Shown here in pieces: positions 1-8,572 of a stretch of 64,000 nucleotides of DNA; position 1 is the first letter of the stretch; each line of letters starts with the position of its first letter. Location: assembly GCA_964019425.1 (NCBI GenBank), contig OZ025781.1:558001-622000 (forward strand), given 5' to 3'. The notes below the pieces were generated by a model. The model was not told the DNA's origin. It saw only the letters and a program-made list of their open reading frames with translations, and ran no database searches. The stretch is from Flectonema sp. DT1601. Lineage: Eukaryota. The position numbers and the translations under genes are program-made.

Positions 1-981
1 GAAAGCACGAGGGAGATGGTTGTCCGAGTGGACAAAAAATGGTCCGGAGAGAAGAGATGGTCGGAAGTGAAGCGCTCCCCGTTCAGAGCAACGGAGGAAT
101 TGAAGAAGATGCCGGGGTACGTCGATACGTACAACCCGCGGATCGGAGACCAGAGCGTGACCGTGATGCTCAGGGTGAAGGTAGCCGAAGTGAAGAACTT
201 CCTCCGAGAATCGGGGAAGGACGGCGTCTTCACCAAGGAAAAGGATCCGAGAGAGGAACGAGCAGTGAAGGCGGCGGTCATTTGGCTACCGAAGGACGAG
301 ACGCTCGGAATCGCTCGGGACAAGGCTGTAGAAGTCGATGGAGGGCTGGGACTCGTGGTAAACGAACACGGACTCGGGCTTCGAGTGACCAGCTGGCAGG
401 AAACGGCGGCGAGGGAGAAACTGCACCTGCCGGCTAAGCTACCGGAAACAAAGATCACGGGGATACCGATCGGCACAACCACCGACGAAGCGATCAAGTG
501 GCTGATCACGAAGGAAGGCTGGGAAGTGAGGAAGACGAAGGAAGGCGTACGGAACGGCATGCGATGGATGGTCGTCCGCGGTCCGGTGAGAACGCAGGAA
601 ACCATCACAGTGGATGGCGTCCTGTGCATGGTGGAGGCTGGGAAACAGAAGGAGGAAGTCGACCCGAAACGGAAGGAGACCAAACGCCCGAATGCGACAC
701 CGACGAAACCAGAGAAAAGGCGTGACCCGACGGAGGGAACGGGAGGAAAGTGGTACACTCGATTGGAGTTCATCGAGTTTCATGGGAAGAAGAAGGGACA
801 ACGCCTATGGTTAGAAGCCAGCAACCCAACACCAACTACGACGGCACCTACGAAGGCAGCGACCGCAACGACAACAGCGAAAAAGGAGCCCAAGTCGACA
901 AAAAAGAAGGAGAACAGCTCAGTGGACGAGAGATTGGACCGACTGGAACGTCTACTGATGGCGTTCATGGAACGGAATTGA
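1..981 (+). CDS. Retrotransposon ORF1 (5' partial; frame open from base 1)
   Basis: Basic, Lys/Arg-rich ORF directly upstream of the pol ORF, with a C-terminal coiled-coil-like VDERLDRLERLLMAF. Ends at TGA 979-981. Confidence 0.75.
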   Translation, partial: ESTREMVVRVDKKWSGEKRWSEVKRSPFRATEELKKMPGYVDTYNPRIGDQSVTVMLRVKVAEVKNFLRESGKDGVFTKEKDPREERAVKAAVIWLPKDETLGIARDKAVEVDGGLGLVVNEHGLGLRVTSWQETAAREKLHLPAKLPETKITGIPIGTTTDEAIKWLITKEGWEVRKTKEGVRNGMRWMVVRGPVRTQETITVDGVLCMVEAGKQKEEVDPKRKETKRPNATPTKPEKRRDPTEGTGGKWYTRLEFIEFHGKKKGQRLWLEASNPTPTTTAPTKAATATTTAKKEPKSTKKKENSSVDERLDRLERLLMAFMERN

Positions 982-3900
982 CCGGCGGAGGACGGAAGGA
1001 ACTGGGCGGAGACACGGAGACGTCTCCTGCTACAAGCTGGCGACGTTGAGAGGAACCCCGGACCGAGACCACGAATCGATGGGCTCACCGTGGGAACAAT
1101 CAATGTCACCACACTAGAAGGAAAAATAGATGCCATCACAGATCTGAACCTAGATCTGATAGCTCTACAGGAAACTTCTCTGACGGGCCCACAGCAACGC
1201 CAGATGAAAAAACAGCTCGGTGAGAGAGGATGGGAAGCGACGTTCGGGTTAGAGTGCAAATTACTAACCGATGGGCAAAAGACGTGGACGGCGGCGGGAG
1301 GCGTGGCCATCTTGACGCGCACTGGTACACCGGTGAGAAGGATAAAACACGATCGGCTCGACAACACGGGACGATTCGTACACGCGGGAGTGTCGTACGG
1401 AAATGGCAAGGTACTGCACGTTTTCTCGTTCTACGGAGACGTACGTTCGGCGGTCTACACGGAAGAGTTGATTGCGGAGATGCTCGTGGAAGCAGCAGCT
1501 CTGGGTGATGTTCCCGTATTTATAGCGGGGGACTTCAACGTCGAAACAACGGAATCGCCGGCGCTTCTGTCGGCTTTCGCACACGGACTCTGGATAGATG
1601 CCGCCGTCTCGATGGGAAACATGACACCGACAAGCGAAGCGGGAAAAGGACTTCGTAGAATCGATGCGATTCTGATGAACCGCGGGGCGGCGACAGCAAT
1701 CTCGAATGACACAACGATCCATGTGCATAAGAGTGAGCTGATCCCGACACACAAGCCGGTCATCATTAGAAAGCTCAACATCTCACGCTACAACGAGAAG
1801 GCTCCTAGGCTGATAGTACCGAAACAGTTGGATACCTCCGAGACAACGGACCCGAGTGAGGGGAAGGCCGAAAGGCAACTCCACTGGACGCGAGCTGTAG
1901 CGACGGAAGATCCTGACAAGATGCTGGAGGCGCTTGGAGAGATCATCGAAAGATACCTTCTGACGGGAAAGCTGGAGATAAGTAACCCAGCCAAGTACAA
2001 GGGACGCGGGAAGAAGCGTGAGCCTGTGATGTGGACGAACGCGGCGAAACAAGACGGGAGAGGAGCGACGTGCAGGGAAACGCGGAGAAGACTGCAGAAG
2101 ATACGTGTTCTGGAGGAAGTGATGAAAATCACAAAGCAACGCGATGGTCCGACGGTGCCGTCCCACGAAGTAATGAAACTCTGGAAAAAATTACGAAAAC
2201 TCGATCCGACGACGGGATCCGAAATACCACAGACGGAGGAGCTTCGGATACTACTACAACAAGCGAGACAGGAGCAAGCGATAGAAAGCAAGAAGCTCCG
2301 AACTGAACGCATCCGCATGTGGAAACGGAATGTTGTCGACAATTGGAATGACGACCGCACGAAGGTTTTCCAGTGGATCAGGAACGTCGAGCAATCGAAG
2401 ACTGTTCTGATGGAAAAGGCAGATGGAAGCTGGACGGCCAACTGCTCCGAGATGGATGAGGCCATGCACGCGGCATGGGACCCCATACTCAAAAAGTACT
2501 TATCAGACCCGGAACCAGACTGGATGAAGTTCGAAGAACGGTACAGCAACTACATCGAGGAACACCCGATGCGATGCGAAGATATCACCGGGGAGGACGT
2601 TGCAAAAGCCCTCAGAAGGACTAGCTCGCGCAAAGCAGCTGGGGTAGACGGCTTCAGGATATCGGAGCTCAAGTCGCTACCGGAGGACATGATCCAGATG
2701 ATAGCGGAATTCTACAACATAGTGGAGAGAACACACTGGCCGGAAGCACTTCTCACGGCACTGGTGTCGGCCATACCCAAAGGGGCAGGGACGAAACCAC
2801 TGGAGCAGAGACCCATTACGGTGACATCCGCACTCTACAGGCTATGGGGCTGTATACGTATGGAAAAGGATGTAATGGAGTGGCAAGAGAAGTGGGCTCA
2901 CGACGGGCAGTACGGCTACCGGAAGGGGAGATCTACGCTCGACCTCAGCTGGAAGATAGCACTAGACGTGGAACACGCAACTCTCTACGGAGAAGAGATT
3001 GCTGGAGTGACCACGGACTTCAGGAAGTGTTTTGACCTGATCCCGCACGACATCCTCCTGAAATTAGTGAAGGAATTGGGCCTAAGTGATAAGATCCTGA
3101 AAACTGTGACGGATGTCTACCGGCGACTCAGAAGGAGATTCAAGTTCCCGAGCGGCGTCGGAGAAGAATTTGCCACCACCAACGGAATACTGCAAGGATG
3201 CCCGCTCAGCGTGGTGCTCTTCAATGCGCTGAGCTCGATACTCAGCAAAGCAATCGAGAGGGAAGCCGATGTGACGCCCGGATCGTATGCGGACGACCTG
3301 ACATTGTTTGGATCACGAACGAAGCTACAAGAAGGCGTAGAAGTCGTTGCGGAGTTCTGCACCCTGACCGGACAAGAACTCGCGCCTCAGAAATGCAAGT
3401 GGTTCTCGAACAGAGACCAGGGCCAGACCAACATCACAATGGGGGACACAACACTGGACTTCGATGACAGTGTCGATATCGTGGGATGCCACCTCAGTAT
3501 GAAAGGAACCACCAAGCAGATGGGGAGGATCACGGAAGAAGTGCTCGATAGAGCGAGGCGAATCCAGTTACTTCCGCTCAGATACCAAGCGAAGGAACAG
3601 ATAGCTGCAGCTAGTGTCATGCCCAAGGCGCTCTTCGGAACGGCACTGTACGATCCCGATGCGACGCGACTCGGACTGCTGAGAAGAGCAATGGCAACGG
3701 GGATTTTCCGCAAACTTGGAGGGAAAAGAACTAAGATGTCGCACACCATGGGCCTAACGCTACTCTGCAAGGGACATTGTGTGGATCCCGCGACGTACAT
3801 TAGGTACAACAGACTCCTTGCACTCACCAGAATGCTACCGAAGCTAACTGAGAGGATACGCAGGGTATGGGAACACCTGCAAGAGCACACTGAAGCGACG

Positions 3901-5718
3901 AGAGGACCAGTCGGCCTCGCCCTGAGTACTCTGAAGGAACTTGGATGGGAATGGTCAACTTTCTCGGTCTTCGAAGGTCCGGGAGGGACGACCGAACACG
4001 GAAGGCTGGATGCGGGGCGCTGGCGGCACGATGTCAGAGAGGCGTGCAGGCGTTTCACCTGGAACAAAACAATTGCGGAAACGAGACGGGTAAACCTGAG
4101 AGGTATTGAAGCGGGCATCGACCGGAAAGAGACCCTGAAGGTCCTGAAGGAAGGAAAGGGCGACCCCTACCTGCGCGGAGTAGTGAAGCACTGCCTCCTG
4201 GACAACGTGTACACTGGCTCGATGAAGGCGGGAAACAAGAACTGCGCGCACTGCGAGGAGGTTGACGACGTAGAGAGGACGGAGACCCTCGAGCACGTGA
4301 ACTGGGATTGCAGAGCTTATGACACAATCCGACAGGAATACCCGCAAGTGATGCTACAAGTTCGAAGCGATTGGCCCAATTGCCTGAGGCTACTCGGCAT
4401 CAAGCCCGACAATGTGGAACTGCCGGCGGGGCTCACCGGAGACCTACAACGAATGTTCGCACGGATCAGGCTCCGCAGGGACGACTACCAACAACTGGAG
4501 GAGAGACGGCTGACGGTTGTGGAATACGCTGGGAACAAGGAACCGGAAGTAGTTATGCGATACAACAACAAACTGGAAAAGTACATGCCAGTATACACCC
4601 AATGGCCCGAAGCCCTTGGATTGACCTTGTACTTAGCGCTTGCGAGCTACCTGAGGGAACTGAAGTGGCCTCGACAGCCAGACGGGGTCGGAGTCACCTT
4701 CCTGGAATTAGCGATCGACTTCGAAGCGTATGCGGGGGTTGACATACCGACCACAGTCCACGAAGGCCACGTAGCGAAGTGCACCAAAGACAGAGCCGCC
4801 GGGAAGAAAGCTGACGTCATGTGTGGACTGATGCTAAGATTGAACTTGGTTCACAAGCATTTAGAAGGCGAGGAACAAAGAACCTTTCCCGACTACTGCG
4901 TAGGAAGCAACAAAGCCTTACGTCCACTAGGAGCCCCGGTACTGAAAGGTTTGAAGAAACGACCAGCTTTTCTGATGGGAGACGAAACAGTAGACACAAT
5001 TCGGAGGACGGTCCAGGAGGCGAACGACGGAAAAGCTGACAAAATCAGATTCGGCTTCGAGACTGAGTGCAGGCACTCGAGCGAGAGGGAAGGGAGAGCG
5101 GAGAAATGGATAACCGCGGCACGACTTTTCCCATCAAAGGAAAAAGACGTACAGCTGAGGAGGGAGCTCTGCGAGCGAGGACCGACACGCCCGCCACCCG
5201 AGGTCGTCAAGAGACCGGGCATCGCGGAGGGACAAGGAACGATGAACTCGACGTGCTACGGGCACTTCAAGAAGAAATGCAATAGTTGTCGACGGGCCGG
5301 AAACACCATCTACCAGTGCTGCCACAACCATCACACTCTGGGGGATGAAGATGGACAAATACCGATATGGGACTTTTGCAGCAAGCACAAGCTTACTCCA
5401 TGTGCAGTCTGCATAGTGATCGGCAGAGGATCTGAGCAATGTTGCAGAAACAGCCACCACCGATGCCGTCACCACGAGATGGCTCCCTGCAACGACTGCA
5501 AGCGGAATCCGGATCCGGAACAACGGACTGCCACGAAATGCTGCAACAAAAAGCATCACGGGCCAATTATAAGGACGTTGACGAGGAGGGCGAAGCAGCC
5601 GACGAAGCATGATATGCAAACCAGCACATCGCTTCTAAAATTAGGTTTCACCAAACAAATGAAACCGAAAGCAGAGGAAACCCCGGAAAGGGAACCACAG
5701 GACAAGGGGTTAACTTAG
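982..5718 (+). CDS. Retrotransposon ORF2: 2A-like peptide, AP endonuclease, reverse transcriptase, CCHC knuckle, Cys/His-repeat tail
   Basis: Frame is open from 982. APE motifs: TINV, LIALQET, GGVAIL, IAGDFN, RIDAIL, THKPV. RT motifs: RPITV, QYGYRKGRST, DFRKCFD, GILQGCPLS, YADD. Knuckle: CAHC...ETLEHVNWDC. Confidence 0.95.
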   Translation, partial: PAEDGRNWAETRRRLLLQAGDVERNPGPRPRIDGLTVGTINVTTLEGKIDAITDLNLDLIALQETSLTGPQQRQMKKQLGERGWEATFGLECKLLTDGQKTWTAAGGVAILTRTGTPVRRIKHDRLDNTGRFVHAGVSYGNGKVLHVFSFYGDVRSAVYTEELIAEMLVEAAALGDVPVFIAGDFNVETTESPALLSAFAHGLWIDAAVSMGNMTPTSEAGKGLRRIDAILMNRGAATAISNDTTIHVHKSELIPTHKPVIIRKLNISRYNEKAPRLIVPKQLDTSETTDPSEGKAERQLHWTRAVATEDPDKMLEALGEIIERYLLTGKLEISNPAKYKGRGKKREPVMWTNAAKQDGRGATCRETRRRLQKIRVLEEVMKITKQRDGPTVPSHEVMKLWKKLRKLDPTTGSEIPQTEELRILLQQARQEQAIESKKLRTERIRMWKRNVVDNWNDDRTKVFQWIRNVEQSKTVLMEKADGSWTANCSEMDEAMHAAWDPILKKYLSDPEPDWMKFEERYSNYIEEHPMRCEDITGEDVAKALRRTSSRKAAGVDGFRISELKSLPEDMIQMIAEFYNIVERTHWPEALLTALVSAIPKGAGTKPLEQRPITVTSALYRLWGCIRMEKDVMEWQEKWAHDGQYGYRKGRSTLDLSWKIALDVEHATLYGEEIAGVTTDFRKCFDLIPHDILLKLVKELGLSDKILKTVTDVYRRLRRRFKFPSGVGEEFATTNGILQGCPLSVVLFNALSSILSKAIEREADVTPGSYADDLTLFGSRTKLQEGVEVVAEFCTLTGQELAPQKCKWFSNRDQGQTNITMGDTTLDFDDSVDIVGCHLSMKGTTKQMGRITEEVLDRARRIQLLPLRYQAKEQIAAASVMPKALFGTALYDPDATRLGLLRRAMATGIFRKLGGKRTKMSHTMGLTLLCKGHCVDPATYIRYNRLLALTRMLPKLTERIRRVWEHLQEHTEATRGPVGLALSTLKELGWEWSTFSVFEGPGGTTEHGRLDAGRWRHDVREACRRFTWNKTIAETRRVNLRGIEAGIDRKETLKVLKEGKGDPYLRGVVKHCLLDNVYTGSMKAGNKNCAHCEEVDDVERTETLEHVNWDCRAYDTIRQEYPQVMLQVRSDWPNCLRLLGIKPDNVELPAGLTGDLQRMFARIRLRRDDYQQLEERRLTVVEYAGNKEPEVVMRYNNKLEKYMPVYTQWPEALGLTLYLALASYLRELKWPRQPDGVGVTFLELAIDFEAYAGVDIPTTVHEGHVAKCTKDRAAGKKADVMCGLMLRLNLVHKHLEGEEQRTFPDYCVGSNKALRPLGAPVLKGLKKRPAFLMGDETVDTIRRTVQEANDGKADKIRFGFETECRHSSEREGRAEKWITAARLFPSKEKDVQLRRELCERGPTRPPPEVVKRPGIAEGQGTMNSTCYGHFKKKCNSCRRAGNTIYQCCHNHHTLGDEDGQIPIWDFCSKHKLTPCAVCIVIGRGSEQCCRNSHHRCRHHEMAPCNDCKRNPDPEQRTATKCCNKKHHGPIIRTLTRRAKQPTKHDMQTSTSLLKLGFTKQMKPKAEETPEREPQDKGLT
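1021..1065 (+). other. 2A-like (StopGo) ribosome-skipping peptide RLLLQAGDVERNPGP
   Basis: Exact match to the D-(V/I)-E-x-N-P-G-P consensus, with the usual upstream LLxxxG, immediately before the APE domain. Confidence 0.9.
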
Positions 5719-5793
5719 GTTGGCCGAACCAGTGCCTCGTCATCTCACCGTGCTAGCAAGCCTGAATGACAGCACTCAAAATGGTACATATAT

Positions 5794-6118
5794 GAGTGTT
5801 CAGAAATCACTTCTCTTGACCTTTCAGGTCTTAGTAGTGTCACCAGTATTGGAGATTGTTTTTTGTCTGAGTGTTCAGAAATCACTTCTCTTGACCTTAG
5901 TAGTGTCAACTCTTGGTCTTAGTAGTGTCACCAGTATTGAAAGTTCTTTTTTGTCTAATTGTTCAAAAATCACTTCTGTTGACCTTTCAGGTCTTAGTGA
6001 TGTTAAAGAAATTGGTGATGCCTTCTTCGATAATTGCAGTGCCCTGGAATCTGTTCAGCTGCCTGAAAATAATGGCGCTCTCTTTGAACCGTCTGTGAAA
6101 GCTGCGATTAATCATTAA
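5794..6118 (+). pseudogene. 3' remnant of a leucine-rich-repeat gene (25-aa repeats), disrupted by the LINE and by a frameshift
   Basis: 75-bp repeat unit (starts at 5793 and 5868) encoding ECSEITSLDLSGLSSVTSIGDCFLS. Continues after a frameshift as NCSKITSVDLSGLSDVKEIGDAFFDNC, stop at 6118. Confidence 0.8.
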
Positions 6119-6365
6119 ATGTAAAGTGTTGAATTGATTATTGGTTGTCATGTATTTTATATTTTTAATGTTTTGTTGTCAATAAAACGTGGTATCAACT
6201 TTTACCAAGTGACGAGACCTCGGAATCTATGATTCTCCTCGCGTCTCATCACTTCTCTTCCGATGATATTATTCTGCCAAGTTATCTTTTTTTCCCTGAG
6301 CGTTTAGTATTACTGTTTGCGATTATACAAAAATCTACGTCTGTTTTCTGAGTAATCTTTTTTTT

Positions 6366-7173
6366 TGTTCCGACGAAGTCAGAGAAGAAACTATTCAGAT
6401 TGAAAGTCGATATTTCTTATGGTCATGATTAATTTTCACCATGCGACAGGATTTTATCTGTGTTCAACGAAATATAAGGCTGATCTGAATGGTTTTTTTG
6501 TTCTTATTTTGTGTCAAACCCCCGTCCTTGGATCTGACAGGTATTTTTCAGTTGAGTACTTTGATATTAATTTAATTTCAATATCAAAATTCCATTTTTG
6601 GTAACGTGCCGCTAACAATGAATGAAGAGGGAGAAAAGCTTCTGTTTGGTTGGGTCAACCAACTGAACGTTTCTCCGCCGATATCGGGACGGAAATTATT
6701 TACAAGATATTCGTAAAATGTATCAAGCGAAAGTTATTTTGTAGTGTTCATTCTTTTATCAGACTTTCAAGCCTTTCCCCGTTTTCAATAATAAATCTTA
6801 ATCCCACCCGCCATTCCTCGTAGTGCCGATCCTCCCCAAGAGAAGATCGGCACATTAATGTTCATGAAGCAGATACTCTAAGGCAGACGTCTACTCGTCG
6901 TCAAGGGTAGACCGCCAAGTTGACGACCCTATATGTATATGATTACCGAGTGAATTGTTTTCTATCCTTCATCATCATCTTTCTTTCATCAGGTGCAAAA
7001 AGAATGCGCTTCTGTAGAGGCTACGACTCGTAGTGTCATTACAATACGGTCAATGTCCATATTTATTATTATTCCTCTCCTTTTTATGATCTATGGTTAG
7101 CCATTCTTTCATTCAGCTGCTTTAGGTTAGTCGCTTAGGGCGGCATAAATGTTTGGCGATGCTATAAGTTGGG

Positions 7174-7205
<32 letters not shown>

Positions 7206-8231
7206 GTACCGACGGTGTCAGAGAAGAACTATTCAGATTGAAAGTCGATATTTCTTATGGTCAAGTTTCAGGTCCGTCGCAGTTATGACCTTAAACTGAC
7301 TGTCATCTTGCCTGATCCTTTTGGTTTTCATTTCTTGCTGAGTGATATGGCTATGTGCTGCCCAATTTTTTTGTGGTACATATCTACATTTGTGTAAATT
7401 TTTTGTGGTACATTTCTAAAGCTTTTCGGTAAGCCCACATTACAATTATAATGCTTTGGACAACTGGGGGTGAACGATCCTCGGTACTGTTCCGGGGTTT
7501 TCTATTTTCTTTCGTGGAGTGTGGGCATGTGGCACATGTGGTCGTATTATAAAGAAAGATGTATATAAAAGAAAGAAGATTTTTTATTTTTTTCACCTTC
7601 CCCCACTCTCAGATTATTTCTGTTTTATTTTCTTTAGTTGTTTACAACCTGTTAGCCTCTGGGCAAGGTGGAGGCTGAAAGTCGATCACTTCCAGCCAAT
7701 ACTATGAAACTACAATCTTCGCGATTGGGTCCTTACTGATGCGGGCTACCCAGGCCCCTCGTAGTCATCAGTTTGTATTTTGCTAACTAAACTAAACAAT
7801 TAATTAATTCAGATTGAAAGCCGATATTTCTTATGGTCATGATTTATTTTCTCTGTGCGACAGGATTTTGTCTGCGTTCAACGATATGTAAGGCTAATCT
7901 GAATAGTTTTTTTTTTTTTTTGTTGTACCGACGTAGCCGGAGAAGAAACTATTCAGATTGAAAACCGATATTTCTTATGGTCAAGATTTATTTTCCCCGT
8001 GCGACATGATTTTGTCTGCGTTCAACGAAAAACAACTATGCCAGGAGTCAACCCAAATCCTGTGCTGCAATTGTCGGCTGGAGCAGGAAGGGGCCAGCCC
8101 AACTAGCACCCCAGTCGGCCGTGGACAACACGGTACTCGTGGCCCAGGCCGCGATAGCCGCCCACACCGAGGCACGCACGAGAGCGACAGAGGCTGCGTT
8201 CAACGAAATATAAGGTTAATCTGACTGGTTT
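6366..8231. repeat. Cluster of four copies of a ~130-bp dispersed repeat (family A) with inverted repeats AAACTATTCAGATT/AATCTGAATAGTTT
   Basis: Copies at ~6366-6500, ~7205-7264 (truncated), ~7806-7910 and ~7925-8231 (interrupted). Shared core ATTCAGATTGAAAxxCGATATTTCTTATGGTCA. Confidence 0.85.
8031..8193 (-). mobile_element. 163-bp GC-rich insertion with a 15-bp target-site duplication; probable 5'-truncated retroelement
   Basis: CTGCGTTCAACGAAA is present at 8016-8030 and 8194-8208. Removing the insert restores a family-A repeat. Confidence 0.75.
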
Positions 8232-8572
8232 CTCTTTTGAGTGGTATTTTCCTCGTCGTGTGATTTTCGTTCGATCTTCTCGTTGCTCTTTTTTTATATT
8301 TTATATTTGGTAGGTTTAAATTTACAAAAAAAAAAAAACTTTTGAAAATGAAAAAAAAAAAAAAAAATCACAAACCTAATTTGTCACAGCATTGTCGCTT
8401 TTTATGGACATAAAATATCTCATTAGCGACTTGTGTTCTAATTTTTGAGTTTTGTTTGTTTTTTTTTTAATTTTTAAATTTTCAAATACTCTCCAACCAA
8501 GTAAAATGTTATTATTTGCTATCCTTATCTACCTTATCTTTAATTGTCAGGTACTTATTTTTTTAAAAAAAC

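Larger units (their letters stand above)
1..5793 (+). mobile_element. APE-type non-LTR retrotransposon (LINE); 5' end outside the window
   Basis: Purine/GC-rich block that contrasts with the AT-rich host. Contains ORF1 plus an APE-RT-zinc knuckle ORF2, a short 3' UTR with a stem-loop and an ACATATAT end, then an abrupt junction into LRR-coding repeats at 5794. Confidence 0.95.

Noticed and set aside
1090..1092. GTG start assigned to ORF2 by the ORF track
   Set aside because: The frame is open from 982 and includes the 2A motif upstream; a bacterial-style start is not applicable.
39..5619. Many overlapping alternative-frame and antisense ORFs within the LINE
   Set aside because: Expected in GC-rich sequence that is coding on the other frame; no recognisable motifs.
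5731..5776. SECIS element that could explain the UGA at 979
   Set aside because: The stem lacks the 5' AUGA / 3' GA quartet arrangement.
6618..6716. Short ORF MNEEGEKLLFGWVNQLNVSPPI resembling the start of a calponin-homology domain
   Set aside because: Only 32 codons, with no supportable continuation.
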